Shown here: positions 15,227 to 27,679 of the stretch, piece after piece | Layout of the letters: every line of letters starts with the position of its first letter | Numbering within the stretch: position 1 is the stretch's first letter | Assembly: GCA_017463665.1 (NCBI GenBank) | Contig: JAFTOT010000087.1 | Location: 71,871 to 120,885 of the forward strand | Source of the DNA: Clostridia bacterium | Lineage (GTDB): Bacteria; Bacillota; Clostridia; Oscillospirales; CAG-272 | DNA: 49,015 nucleotides | Direction of reading: 5' to 3' | Notes under the pieces: model-generated | The model's database searches: none | What the model saw: only the letters and a program-made list of their open reading frames with translations | Told to the model about the DNA's origin: nothing | Made by a program: the position numbers and the translations under genes

Positions 15227-16678
15227 TTATTTGTTGCCTTGCTTGAGAAGTTCCTGCTTGATGTCCCAGAGCTTTTGCGAGAGGTCCACGTAGTAGTGAT
15301 GCGGATTCTCAAAGCGCTTGACCTCGTCCCAGAGGGAATCGACTTCCTTTGCGCAGTAGTCGCGGATCTCACCGGTCGAGGGGGAAGTGTAGACGCACTT
15401 GCCGTCCTTGAAAACCGGAACCTGCAGCTCGCGCACGGTGCAGCTTACCACGGTCTTGCGCTTCCAGGTGAAGTCGGGGTCAAACAGCTCGATCGGCTGA
15501 CTGCCGTCTACGACTTCGTCATAGAGGGCGATGTAGTCGGCGATCGCCTTGCCGTTTTCGGGATCGAACAGGCGGTAGACCTTTTTGTAGTGCGGATTTG
15601 TGATCTTTGCAGCGTTTTCGCTGATCTTGATCTTGGGGATGATGGTGCCGTCTGCCGTTTCTCTTGCGCAGAGCTTGTACACGCCGCCGAAGACGGGCGT
15701 GCTCTTGGAGGTGATCATGCGCTCACCCACGCCGAAGGAATCGACTGCCGCGCCCTGACGGATCAGTGCGAGGATGATATCCTCGTCGAGAGAGTTGGAG
15801 ACAACGATCTTGCATTCCGGCAGTCCAGCGTCGTCGAGCATCTTGCGCGCTTTTTTGGAGAGGTAGGCAATGTCGCCCGAATCGAGACGGATCGCGCAGT
15901 TGCGAATGCCCTTCGGCCAGAGCACTTCTTTAAAGACCTTGATGGCGTTCGGCACACCGCTTTTCAGCGTGTTGTAGGTATCGACCAACAGTGTCGCATT
16001 GGTCGGATAGATCTCGCAATAGGTCTTAAATGCCTCGTATTCGCTGTCGAACATCTGCACCCACGAGTGCGCCATGGTGCCCGTTGCGGGTACGCCGAAG
16101 TCGCGGTCGGTGATGGTGCAGGCGGTTGCCGCACAGCCGCCGATATACGCGGCGCGCGCACCGAGATAAGCACCGTCTGCGCCCTGCGCACGGCGGGAGC
16201 CGAACTCGGCAACGGCGCGTCCCTTTGCGGCGCGAACGATGCGGTTCGCCTTAGTGGCGATCAGCGACTGATGGTTGATGGTGAGCAGCAGGAAGGTCTC
16301 GATAAACTGCGCCTCGGCAGCGGGAGCGCGAACGGTAACGATCGGCTCACCGGGGAAGATCGGCGTTCCTTCGGGAACGGCGTAGATATCGCCAGTGAAG
16401 CGGAATGTTTTGAGACTTTCGAGAAAGCCTTCGTCGAAGACGTTCTTCGAGCGCAGATATGCAATATCTTCGTCGCTGAAGTGCAGGTTGTTGATATAGT
16501 CGATGAACTGCTCCAGCCCTGCGCAGATGGCAAATCCGCCGCCGTCGGGAATATCGCGGAAGAACATGTCAAAATACGTGATGCCGTCCGCCATATGCGC
16601 CTTGTAATAGCCGTTTGCCATGGTCAGCTCGTAGTAGTCGCAGAGCATGGTGAAATTCTGTCTTTTGCTTTGGTCCAT
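15227..16678 (-). CDS. pncB: nicotinate phosphoribosyltransferase
   Basis: The protein is 483 aa: FTMLCDYYELTMANGYY...GTMAHSWVQ...SGD. Confidence 0.92.
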   Translation of the reverse strand: MDQSKRQNFTMLCDYYELTMANGYYKAHMADGITYFDMFFRDIPDGGGFAICAGLEQFIDYINNLHFSDEDIAYLRSKNVFDEGFLESLKTFRFTGDIYAVPEGTPIFPGEPIVTVRAPAAEAQFIETFLLLTINHQSLIATKANRIVRAAKGRAVAEFGSRRAQGADGAYLGARAAYIGGCAATACTITDRDFGVPATGTMAHSWVQMFDSEYEAFKTYCEIYPTNATLLVDTYNTLKSGVPNAIKVFKEVLWPKGIRNCAIRLDSGDIAYLSKKARKMLDDAGLPECKIVVSNSLDEDIILALIRQGAAVDSFGVGERMITSKSTPVFGGVYKLCARETADGTIIPKIKISENAAKITNPHYKKVYRLFDPENGKAIADYIALYDEVVDGSQPIELFDPDFTWKRKTVVSCTVRELQVPVFKDGKCVYTSPSTGEIRDYCAKEVDSLWDEVKRFENPHHYYVDLSQKLWDIKQELLKQGNK

Positions 16679-16708
16679 TGCCTTTTTCTCTCCTTGGATT
16701 CGCTGGTT

Positions 16709-18580
16709 TTACAGCATCTTGATGATGCGGAAGCTGTCGCTCGGGAGCTCGATGTGTCCCTCGCCGACTTCGCCGCTCAGCAGATCGCGCCACTTGCCGT
16801 CCACATCGTAGCGGATGGTGAAGGAGGCACGGTTTACGATCGTTTGCAGTGTTTCTTTCTCGTTCTCGCGCACAAAGGCGAAGAGACCTTCATTGTGCGC
16901 CGTTACGCGGAAATCACCGCCTGCAAAGGCGCTGTGCTCGCGGCGCAGTTTGCCGAGCGCGCGGTAATGCGCAAGCAGCTCCTGATTTTCTCTGCCCCAC
17001 GGATAGGGCATACGGCAGAAGGGATCGCGATATCCTTCGATGCCTGCTTCATCGCCGTAAAAGACGGACGGAAAACCGTAGAGCGTGTACTGCAACGCGC
17101 TTGCGATCTTAAGCAGTGCGATGCCGCGTGCGCGTTCCTGCTCCTGCATGTGCGTGTGGGCGAGCTCGTCGTTGGACAGCCCCTCGGAATTCTTGCCGGC
17201 GAGCACGGTCAGAATGCGCTCGGTGTCGTGCGTGCCGAGCAGGTTCATCAGACAATCGCATACGCAGCGGGGGTAAGAGGAATAGATCTCGGTGACCGTG
17301 TTGTACAGGCGGCTGCAGTTTCCGCTCTTGACATAGTCAATGATCGCGTTTTTGACGGGGTAATTCATGACGCTGTCGAGCTGTTTGCCGCGAAGATAGC
17401 GACGGCGCGTACCGTACGCAACCTTTTCGGCGGCGTTTTCCCACACTTCGCCGATGATCAGTGCCTCCGGATTCGCTTTTTTGACTACACTGCGCAGTGT
17501 GTCGAGGAAGGGATCACCAAGCTCGTCCGCAACGTCGAGACGCCAGCCGCCCGTACCCGAGCGGATATAGCTTTCACAGACGCCGCCTTCTCCTACGAGA
17601 TAGTCTCGACATGCGCGGCAGGAATGATTCAATCGCGGCAGAATGTCGATGCCCCACCAGCTTTCGTACTGATTGGGGAAGCGTAAAAAGTGATACCACT
17701 CATAGTAAGGGGATTTTTCACTCTGATATGCGCCGAGCGAATCATATTTTCCGTAGCGGTTGAAATAGATACTATCGTCGCCCGTGTGGTTGAACACGCC
17801 GTCCAGAATGACCTTAATGCCGCGCTTTTTACATGCGGCAAGCAGGGCATCGAACGCTTCGCGCCCACCGAACATTTCGTCGATCTCATGATAGTTTCCG
17901 GTGTCGTATTTGTGATTGGAATACGCCTTAAAGATCGGGCTGAGATAAATGCAGTTCACCGAAAGGCTTTCGAGATAGTCCAGCTTTTCGATCACACCCC
18001 ACAGGCTGCCGCCGAAGAACTGATTGTTTTTGAGCGGCGCGCCCGGGTAGGGCGCATATTCGGGAATGCCGTCGTCCCAATCCGTACGCAGGATCGCGTC
18101 CTCGCGCACGGGGAGTTTTTTATCGCTCTTGGCAAAGCGGTCTACAAAGACATGGTACATCGTTGTGCCGTAGTAACTTGGCGGCGTGGAAAACGACGGC
18201 TCATACACGAGGAGCAAAAAGCGTCTGGACGGCTTATCCGCCAGATAAAAATCTACATTATTGATGCTGGAAGTATATACGGTCTGGTGACTGCGGGTGA
18301 ACCGAAATTCATAGTAAAAAAGTCCGTCTTCCTCGCCGTCACAAAGCGCGGCAAGGTTTAGGGTGAAGGTGAATATATCCTTCTCATCTTCACTGCCTTG
18401 ATAGACAGGTAGGATCGTATGGTCCCTGTATCCGTCGCGGCAGATGACCATTGCGGGGTCTACCAGTTCCAGCGAACGTGGTATGTGCAGGGTGATCTGC
18501 GGTGTTTCACTCAGGCAGAACGCGCCACAGGCGGAACGGTCTTCGCCATTTACGGTTTTGACAATACCGATTTGCTGCAT
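16709..18580 (-). CDS. GH13 alpha-amylase-family enzyme (neopullulanase/cyclomaltodextrinase-like)
   Basis: GH13 conserved regions are present: DGVFNHTG, GWRLDVADE, EVWE and LLGTHDTER. LPRLN resembles the MPKLN motif of the neopullulanase subfamily. Confidence 0.85.
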   Translation of the reverse strand: MQQIGIVKTVNGEDRSACGAFCLSETPQITLHIPRSLELVDPAMVICRDGYRDHTILPVYQGSEDEKDIFTFTLNLAALCDGEEDGLFYYEFRFTRSHQTVYTSSINNVDFYLADKPSRRFLLLVYEPSFSTPPSYYGTTMYHVFVDRFAKSDKKLPVREDAILRTDWDDGIPEYAPYPGAPLKNNQFFGGSLWGVIEKLDYLESLSVNCIYLSPIFKAYSNHKYDTGNYHEIDEMFGGREAFDALLAACKKRGIKVILDGVFNHTGDDSIYFNRYGKYDSLGAYQSEKSPYYEWYHFLRFPNQYESWWGIDILPRLNHSCRACRDYLVGEGGVCESYIRSGTGGWRLDVADELGDPFLDTLRSVVKKANPEALIIGEVWENAAEKVAYGTRRRYLRGKQLDSVMNYPVKNAIIDYVKSGNCSRLYNTVTEIYSSYPRCVCDCLMNLLGTHDTERILTVLAGKNSEGLSNDELAHTHMQEQERARGIALLKIASALQYTLYGFPSVFYGDEAGIEGYRDPFCRMPYPWGRENQELLAHYRALGKLRREHSAFAGGDFRVTAHNEGLFAFVRENEKETLQTIVNRASFTIRYDVDGKWRDLLSGEVGEGHIELPSDSFRIIKML

Positions 18581-18603
18581 AAAGGCCTCACAGAATATGT
18601 ATT

Positions 18604-18634
18604 TTCTGCGCGCCGCAAAAAACGGCGCGCAGAA
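18604..18634 (-). terminator. GC-rich hairpin after glgP (weak or partial terminator)
   Basis: TTCTGCGCGCCG-CAAAAAA-CGGCGCGCAGAA, a 12-bp stem. The U-tract on the minus strand is poor. Confidence 0.4.
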
Positions 18635-18648
18635 TGCTTTAAAATATT

Positions 18649-21084
<2,436 letters not shown>

Positions 21085-21119
21085 TTTTGGGTGTTCTCCT
21101 TAAAAAATATATACTGGTT

Positions 21120-21197
21120 TGGGAATTTGCCGTGACGGATTAAAAACCAACACGCGGAGTGCCGCAAAAGCGGCACTCCGGGTGAGGCAATTCCCAA
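21120..21197 (-). other. nested inverted repeats in the glgA-glgP spacer
   Basis: The inner hairpin is CGGAGTGCCGC-AAAA-GCGGCACTCCG (21155-21180). It is enclosed by TGGGAATTTGCC and GGCAATTCCCA. Confidence 0.5.
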
Positions 21198-21256
21198 TGC
21201 GGCATAACTAAAGGGAAAGGTATGCAGATAGTTAAGACCGTTATTGTTTTTTATGA

Positions 21257-22699
21257 TCAGAAAAGTTCATCGTACATCTGCATGTACTTTTCTGCCGACG
21301 CTCCCCAGGAGAAGTCGGTCTTCATGATCTTGGTAACGAGCTTCTTACGCTTCATCTTCTTGCTCCAGAGTGCGATCGCGGCGCATGTACGCTCGTAGAG
21401 CTCACCGGAGTAATAATTGGCGAAGGTAAAGCCGTTGCCGTGTATCTCGCCGTCGGCTTCATAATACGGCTTGATCGAGTCGTACAGACCGCCGGTCTCG
21501 CGCACAACGGGGATCGCACCGTAACGGGAGGCGATCATCTGCGAAAGTCCGCAAGGCTCGCTCTTGGAGGGCATCAGGAAGATGTCGCATGCCGCGTAGA
21601 TCTTCTTGGACATGTCGCGGTTATAGAGGATCAGGCAGCGCGCTTTATCGCGGTGGCGCTCCTCCAGACCGTGCATGAAATTTTCGTACTGTTCATCGCC
21701 CATACCGAGCACGACCAACTGGATGTCCTTCTCTAGCAGCTTGTCGGCGATGGGGGTGAACAGATCGAGACCTTTATGCGCTACCAGACGGGAGATGAGT
21801 GCGACCATGGGCACATCCTCGCGCACGGGAAGGGCAAGTGCCTCCTGCAAGGCTTTTTTGTTCTCCGCTTTCTTCGCGGGTGCCTTTGCCGAGTAGTTTG
21901 CGGTGATGATCGGATCGGTCTCGGGATTGTAGAGATCGTAGTCGATACCGTTGAGGATGCCGCGCAGCTTGTTTTGCTCCTTGATCAGCTCATGGTGCAG
22001 ACCGTGCGAGTACGTGGGAGACTTGATCTCGTCGGCATAGGTGGGGCTGACGGTGGAAACCATGTCGCAGCATTCGATGGCAGCCTTCATCAGGTTGATG
22101 CAGCCGTCGTAGCACATCAGGGGCAGGTGCTTTGTGCCAAGACCGAACAGATCGCCCAAAACATAGGGATCGTATTTGCCTTGATATTCGATATTGTGGA
22201 TGGTGAATACCGACTTGACATGACCGTAGCGCCAGTCTTTTTTATACTTGACCTGCAGGTAAACCACTGCCATTGCAGCCTGCCAGTCGTGTGCGTGCAG
22301 CACATCGGGAATAAAGTCGATGTACGGCAGACAGCTGAGCACGGCTTCACAGAAGTAAGCAAAACGCTCGCCGTCATCGCCGTGACCGTAGAGCTTACCC
22401 TCTCTGCCGAAATACTGCTCGTTGTCTACAAAATAATAAGTAATGCCGTTATGCGCGAGCTTGCGGATACCGACATACAGCTCACGCCAGCCGAGCACGA
22501 CCGTGCCCTCATAGATGGTTTCCATCTGCGCGCGGTAGGTGTCCGAAACTGCGCGGTAGAGCGGCATGATCACGCGGACATCCACTTTGTCACCGGCGTG
22601 TTTCTGAATTTCCGTCGGCAGGGATCCGAGTACATCGCCGAGGCCGCCGGTCGCTGCAAAGGGCAGCGCTTCGGCGCCGACAAACAGAATTTTTCTCAT
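21257..22699 (-). CDS. glgA: glycogen synthase (ADP-glucose type)
   Basis: The protein is 480 aa: MRKILFVGAEALPFAATGGLGDV... is the KTGGL-like motif. Confidence 0.95.
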   Translation of the reverse strand: MRKILFVGAEALPFAATGGLGDVLGSLPTEIQKHAGDKVDVRVIMPLYRAVSDTYRAQMETIYEGTVVLGWRELYVGIRKLAHNGITYYFVDNEQYFGREGKLYGHGDDGERFAYFCEAVLSCLPYIDFIPDVLHAHDWQAAMAVVYLQVKYKKDWRYGHVKSVFTIHNIEYQGKYDPYVLGDLFGLGTKHLPLMCYDGCINLMKAAIECCDMVSTVSPTYADEIKSPTYSHGLHHELIKEQNKLRGILNGIDYDLYNPETDPIITANYSAKAPAKKAENKKALQEALALPVREDVPMVALISRLVAHKGLDLFTPIADKLLEKDIQLVVLGMGDEQYENFMHGLEERHRDKARCLILYNRDMSKKIYAACDIFLMPSKSEPCGLSQMIASRYGAIPVVRETGGLYDSIKPYYEADGEIHGNGFTFANYYSGELYERTCAAIALWSKKMKRKKLVTKIMKTDFSWGASAEKYMQMYDELF

Positions 22700-23829
22700 A
22701 TAATAACTCCTTTATCAATAAAGAAGGGAAGCGTCTCGTGTCCGGAAAGGACGCGACCGTCGCGGATCACCGCGTTTTTATCGGTGATCACACAGTTCAG
22801 CGAAACATCCTTGCTGACAACGGTGTCCTGCATGAGGATGGAGTTCTTGACCGTGGCACCGCGTGCGATATGCACACCGCGGAAGATGATCGAGTTTTCG
22901 ACCTTGCCTTCGATAATACAGCCGTCTGCGATCAGGGAGTTTGAGACCATGGCGCCCTCGAGGTACTTGGTCGGAGCCGAGCTGCGTACCTTGGTATATA
23001 CCGGATGGTAGGGCATCTCAAAGAGCTGCGCACGTACATCGGGCTTGAGCAGATCCATGTTGGCGCTGAAGAAGGACGAGAGCGAGTTGATCGTCTGGGA
23101 ATAGCCGTCGAAATTATAAATATAATAATCCGAGTGCAGCATATTCTTTGCGATGATGTCATGGTAGAAGCTCTTGTAGCCGTGCGCGATCGAATCGCGG
23201 ATGATGCTGAGCAGATATGCGCGCTTGAGAACGAAGATGTTCATAGAGACATTGTGATATCCCTCGTCCGCTGCGGTGTGCTCGGAGATATCGTCGATCT
23301 TGCCGATCATGTCCGCATCGATCAGGATCTCCTTGCCGATGCCGTCGTCGGTGACCTTTTTGCGGTGCGTGACGATGGTGATGTCGGCGCGCGACTCAAT
23401 GTGACGGTCCAGCAGCTTTTGATAATCCAGCGTGCAGACGCGATCGCAGTCGGTCATGACCACATACTCTTCCTTGGAACGCTCGATAAAGCTGAGCGCG
23501 CCCTTGAGCAGCTCAAGGCGGGAGGTGTTGAGAGCCTCGCTCTTGGCAGTGTCATACGCGGTGATATACGGGGGCAGGATCTTGATACCGCCGCTGCGGC
23601 GAGCAAGGTCCCAATCTTTACCGGTGCCAATGTGATCCATCAGCGACTGATAGTTGTAGTTGGTGATAACGCCAACCTTAATAATGTCGGAGTTGACCAT
23701 GTTGGAGAGCTCAAAGTCGATCATGCGGTATCTGCCGCCGAAGGGGATCGAGGCGATCGCGCGGCGGCGGGAAAGCTCGGGGATCACATAGTCATGTATA
23801 TTGGAAAAAATCAATCCGATAGCGTTCAT
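22696..23829 (-). CDS. glgD: glucose-1-phosphate adenylyltransferase subunit GlgD
   Basis: The protein is 377 aa. It is a GlgC paralogue lacking the GGxGxRL loop (GLIFSNIHD...IPFGGRYRMIDF). It overlaps the glgA start by 4 nt. Confidence 0.9.
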   Translation of the reverse strand: MNAIGLIFSNIHDYVIPELSRRRAIASIPFGGRYRMIDFELSNMVNSDIIKVGVITNYNYQSLMDHIGTGKDWDLARRSGGIKILPPYITAYDTAKSEALNTSRLELLKGALSFIERSKEEYVVMTDCDRVCTLDYQKLLDRHIESRADITIVTHRKKVTDDGIGKEILIDADMIGKIDDISEHTAADEGYHNVSMNIFVLKRAYLLSIIRDSIAHGYKSFYHDIIAKNMLHSDYYIYNFDGYSQTINSLSSFFSANMDLLKPDVRAQLFEMPYHPVYTKVRSSAPTKYLEGAMVSNSLIADGCIIEGKVENSIIFRGVHIARGATVKNSILMQDTVVSKDVSLNCVITDKNAVIRDGRVLSGHETLPFFIDKGVII

Positions 23830-23842
23830 CAGTATACCCTCC

Positions 23843-25030
23843 TTAGTCCGAAATCATTTCGCCGGCTGCAACTGTCGCACCGGCAGCTACTTTGCATCCG
23901 TTGCCGATCACGGCGATTCCCTTGTCGGTCTCTTTCGATGCACCGACGGTTGCGCCCGACTCAACGGTGATGTTCTCGTCCAGAATCGAGTGGGTGACCG
24001 AGGCATCTTTGCCGATGTAGGTGTTTGCCATGATGACGCTGTCCTTGACAACAGCACCGGGCTCGACGATAACGCCGTGCGAGAGGACAGAGTTGATGAC
24101 CGTGCCGTGGATCTTGCAGCCCTCGGTGATGATCGAGTTGGAGATTACGGCGCTCTTGCCGACAAACTGCGGGGGGCTGACAGAAGAACGGGAATAGATT
24201 CTGCCGCGGGACTCCTCGTTCATCGAGAACGCAGGATCCTCGCCGAGCAGATCCATGTTTGCCTCCCAAAGGCTGTCGATGGTTCCGACATCCTTCCAGT
24301 ATCCCTCAAAGGGATATGCGAACATGCGCTCGCCGCTCTTCAGCATCGTGGGGATGATGTTTTTACCGAAGTCGTTGGAGGAATTCTCGTCCGCTTCATC
24401 GGCGATCAGATACTCAAACAGCTTCTTTTTATTAAAGATGTAGATACCCATGGATGCTTTGGTCGAATCGGGCTCCTTGGGCTTCTCGGTAAACTTATAG
24501 ATCTGACCGTCCTCGTGCGTGGTCAGAATGCCGAAGCGGCTCGCCTCCTTGAGCGGCACTTCCAAAACGGCAATGGTGCAGTCAGCATCCTTGCGCTTGT
24601 GATACCGCAGCATCTCCGAATAGTCCATGCGGTAGATGTGGTCACCCGAGAGGATGATGACATATTCGGGATCGTACTGTTCGATGAAAGCGAGGTTCTG
24701 ATAGATCGCGTTTGCCGTGCCCTTGTACCAGTCGGCCTTTTTCTGTCCCTGATACGGGGGCAGGATCTTTACACCGCCGTATGTGCGGTCGAGATCCCAG
24801 GGAAGTCCGTTGCCGACGTAGTCGTTGAGCACCAGCGGCTGGTATTGGGTAAGCACTCCGACGGTGTCGATGCCGGAGTTGATGCAGTTGGAGAGGGGAA
24901 AGTCGATGATGCGGTACTTACCGCCAAAGGTGACTGCGGGTTTTGCAGTCGATTTTGTCAGGGCGTACAGGCGCGAGCCTTGACCGCCTGCCAGAAGCAT
25001 TGCAACACATTCTTTTCTCTTTTGGTTCAT
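23843..25030 (-). CDS. glgC: glucose-1-phosphate adenylyltransferase
   Basis: The protein is 395 aa: [38 protein letters not shown]. Confidence 0.95.
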   Translation of the reverse strand: MNQKRKECVAMLLAGGQGSRLYALTKSTAKPAVTFGGKYRIIDFPLSNCINSGIDTVGVLTQYQPLVLNDYVGNGLPWDLDRTYGGVKILPPYQGQKKADWYKGTANAIYQNLAFIEQYDPEYVIILSGDHIYRMDYSEMLRYHKRKDADCTIAVLEVPLKEASRFGILTTHEDGQIYKFTEKPKEPDSTKASMGIYIFNKKKLFEYLIADEADENSSNDFGKNIIPTMLKSGERMFAYPFEGYWKDVGTIDSLWEANMDLLGEDPAFSMNEESRGRIYSRSSVSPPQFVGKSAVISNSIITEGCKIHGTVINSVLSHGVIVEPGAVVKDSVIMANTYIGKDASVTHSILDENITVESGATVGASKETDKGIAVIGNGCKVAAGATVAAGEMISD

Positions 25031-25198
25031 ATAGCCTACCTCCGAGTATTTAATTATTTAGTCTTTTCTTTTCAATGATAGCGCCGTGGGCAGGAAGATT
25101 TACGCGAATCGTGTATGTGCCGTTTGCATTTTTCTTTGCGCGGATCCCGGTCTTGGTCTTTTGCGGACTTTCATCCGACATTTTCTCTTTGGATGCTG

Positions 25199-25657
25199 TT
25201 ACTCGCCGATCTGACCGACATGTACGGATCTGAGCGCTTTTTTGAGTGCGTTGATCATTTCCTTATGCGTGCAGTTCGGGCGGAGCTCAAACACCTGGTC
25301 TTCCCGCATGACAAATCCCTTGGAGGGAACATTGTCGGTCGGGGTAAAAGCAAAACCCTCGCCTTCTTCGTAAAAGCCGACGAGGAGCCCAAGATTTTGG
25401 GTAGCTTCGCGGTAAGAGCGTGCTTTCAGATATGTTTGGATGCTGGGCGGCATATCGTCCTTGGCGTCTTCGGTGTCACACTGGTCAAACAGGCGATTGA
25501 CGAATTCGCAGAGCATTTCATCCGAATAACCGGGCATCAGCAAGAACAGTTTGTCCAGCGGACGTTTGCCGTATTTCTCCGAGGGACCGAACGGAGCGCC
25601 GTACAGAGCTTTGTTCTTGTCTATGTAGATGTTAATGATCTTATAGTCCTGCGCCAT
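25199..25657 (-). CDS. hypothetical protein (152 aa), no family recognised
   Basis: It has a good RBS (AAGGAGAC, 6-nt spacer) and a coding-like composition. I recognise no motif. Confidence 0.6.
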   Translation of the reverse strand: MAQDYKIINIYIDKNKALYGAPFGPSEKYGKRPLDKLFLLMPGYSDEMLCEFVNRLFDQCDTEDAKDDMPPSIQTYLKARSYREATQNLGLLVGFYEEGEGFAFTPTDNVPSKGFVMREDQVFELRPNCTHKEMINALKKALRSVHVGQIGE

Positions 25658-25944
25658 GATAGTCTCCTTAATTTATATTCACATATATATTATAGCACAA
25701 AGTTTGATAGAATGGGCAAGTTTTTGAAAAAAAGCGAAGATATGTTCATTTTGCCCTACGAAAATCGAAAAAAGCGTGATTTTATGCATTTTTCGCGGTG
25801 TTTTTTGTGTGATTTTAAGGAAAAAATTTTTGTTTGTTGGTGATTTTTTATATTGGAAAAATCAGGGAAATTTATCAAAAGCACCAAATTGTTACTTTTT
25901 TATGAACGGCTGAAAATTTTGTACGAACAGTTGGATTTTTTGGC

Positions 25945-25973
25945 TTGACAGGGTTTGTACAAGTTGTTAAGAT
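25945..25973 (+). promoter_or_regulatory. sigma-A promoter for the BNR-propeller gene
   Basis: TTGACA (25945-25950), 17 nt, TAAGAT (25968-25973). A second possible -10 box, TATAAT, lies at 25979-25984. Confidence 0.5.
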
Positions 25974-26006
25974 TTACGTATAATCTCACTGCGCGTTTTG
26001 GAGGAA

Positions 26007-27602
26007 ATGATGAAGAAAAGAATTTGCATCGCTATGGCTGTCTTGCTGCTTCTCGGCTGCATGCCGATTTATGCTGCCGCCGACCTTAACACAATTGTAC
26101 TCGCCGACGAGCGGCAGACACCGCGTGTGACCGGCGGCTATCCGCGTTTTGAAACACTGGCGGACGGAACACTGATCCTGCTTGCGGGAGGGGGAACTTT
26201 CCGCCGCAGCGGTAATAACGGAAAGACCTGGGAGCAGTATTCCATCGCACAGAACTGCCAGAAGATCGTCACTACTGCCGGCGGGACCACGCATATCCTC
26301 AGTCAGGAAAACTGGCAGCCGTATGTGTTGGAGGACGGTACTGTTTTTGCCGCGTACCGTTCGCGTACTTCTGCGTCTGCGTATACGTCCGGTAAAGAGT
26401 TTTACACTTCGATCCGTGTGCTCAAAAGCACAGATAACGGAAGGACTTTTGCAGACGAAGAAATTTTGGTGGAAAGCACGCCGAATTATACGCACGGCTA
26501 TTGGGAACCGATCATGATGCAGATCGATGAAAATACCGTGGCGCTGTACTATGCGGATGATCTGAACGTGGATAAGGTCGGTCCGCAGCAGAATATAAAC
26601 TATGTGACGTACGATATTCCGTCGGGTAAGTGGGACAAGACGGTACGCACTGCGATCAACGGTGTCGTGCGCAATTCCCGCGACGGTATGCCTGTCATCA
26701 CAAAACTGTCGGACGGCGGCTTTGCTATGGTCGTGGAAGCGCATGACTATGCAAACCGCGTGTACGGCAACAAATATTATTCCTGTCGGTTTGTGATCGG
26801 TCTTTCTCTGTCTGCGGATGGAAGAACCTGGAGCAACCCGATCCCCGTGGTTGTGCCGGAAGACACAAAATCCTATCTCACATGCTCGGCGCCGTTTATT
26901 ACCACGTTGCCCGATGGACGTGTAATTATTTCCTATCAGACCGATGAGGACTATGTGGGGGCGACCAAGGATGCAAGCGTGGACAAAAACTGCGTATACG
27001 GCGCGGTGATTTCGGACGCGCCGCTGACGGTCAACACGGTGCTGACGGCATCGACGGGCGGTGCGGCGGAAGGCTTTACCAAGATTCCGGATATTTTTGC
27101 AAGTACGCCAAACGGATATATGATCTGGAACACGGTATACTGCGACGGTAAATATGTCTATTTTGCAGGCGGCTACGGCCGTAACAACAGCAGCGGAAGC
27201 GCAGTTCGTATCCGCCGCGCGACCGTGTACGGCACTGTGCTCAGTATGACGGTCGGCGCGACCGATTATACGTTGAACGGCGAGACGAAGACGATGGATG
27301 TTGCTCCCGTTATTCGCAATGACCGCACGATGCTGCCCGTACGGTATGTCGCAGAAGCCTTGGGTGCGGATGTCGCATGGGATGCAGAGACATCCACGGC
27401 AACACTCACGACCGATACAGTTGCAATCAAGATCACGGTCGGTTCAAGCACGGCAACCGTGGGCGGCGAAAGCGTCTCCCTCGATGCACCCGCGTTCATC
27501 GAAAACGACCGCACGTACATGCCTGTCCGCTTTGTCGCCGAAGCGCTCGGCGCTACGGTTTCGTGGGATCCTGCGACCGCTACGGCTACGATCCGAAAAT
27601 AA
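26007..27602 (+). CDS. secreted BNR/Asp-box beta-propeller (sialidase-fold) protein with two C-terminal copper-amine-oxidase-N-like stalk repeats
   Basis: The signal peptide reads MKKRICIAMAVLLLLGCMPIYAAA. Asp-box-like motifs are SGNNGKTWE, STDNGRTFA and SADGRTWSN. The C-terminus carries two copies of DRTMLPVRYVAEALGA.V.WD. The start is ATG 26007 or 26010; the track uses TTG 25998. Confidence 0.7.
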   Translation: MMKKRICIAMAVLLLLGCMPIYAAADLNTIVLADERQTPRVTGGYPRFETLADGTLILLAGGGTFRRSGNNGKTWEQYSIAQNCQKIVTTAGGTTHILSQENWQPYVLEDGTVFAAYRSRTSASAYTSGKEFYTSIRVLKSTDNGRTFADEEILVESTPNYTHGYWEPIMMQIDENTVALYYADDLNVDKVGPQQNINYVTYDIPSGKWDKTVRTAINGVVRNSRDGMPVITKLSDGGFAMVVEAHDYANRVYGNKYYSCRFVIGLSLSADGRTWSNPIPVVVPEDTKSYLTCSAPFITTLPDGRVIISYQTDEDYVGATKDASVDKNCVYGAVISDAPLTVNTVLTASTGGAAEGFTKIPDIFASTPNGYMIWNTVYCDGKYVYFAGGYGRNNSSGSAVRIRRATVYGTVLSMTVGATDYTLNGETKTMDVAPVIRNDRTMLPVRYVAEALGADVAWDAETSTATLTTDTVAIKITVGSSTATVGGESVSLDAPAFIENDRTYMPVRFVAEALGATVSWDPATATATIRK

Positions 27603-27606
27603 CAGC

Positions 27607-27642
27607 AAAAGATCCGTCACGGCATCCGTGACGGATCTTTTG
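27607..27642 (+). terminator. intrinsic terminator
   Basis: AAAA-GATCCGTCACGG-CAT-CCGTGACGGATC-TTTT, 5 nt after the stop. Confidence 0.85.
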
Positions 27643-27679
27643 TGCGGTTGAGAAAAATGAAAGTTCGGGGAAGAAATAT

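Noticed and set aside
15239-17686. An 815-aa plus-strand ORF spanning pncB and the GH13 gene.
   Set aside because: It crosses an intergenic gap between two well-supported minus-strand genes, and it has no motifs. It is a shadow ORF.
25683-25870. A small plus-strand ORF (MGKFLKKSEDMFILPYENRKKRDFMHFSRCFLCDFKEKIFVCW) in the AT-rich divergent promoter region.
   Set aside because: It has no Shine-Dalgarno and AT-rich low-complexity codons. It lies in a region better explained as promoter DNA.
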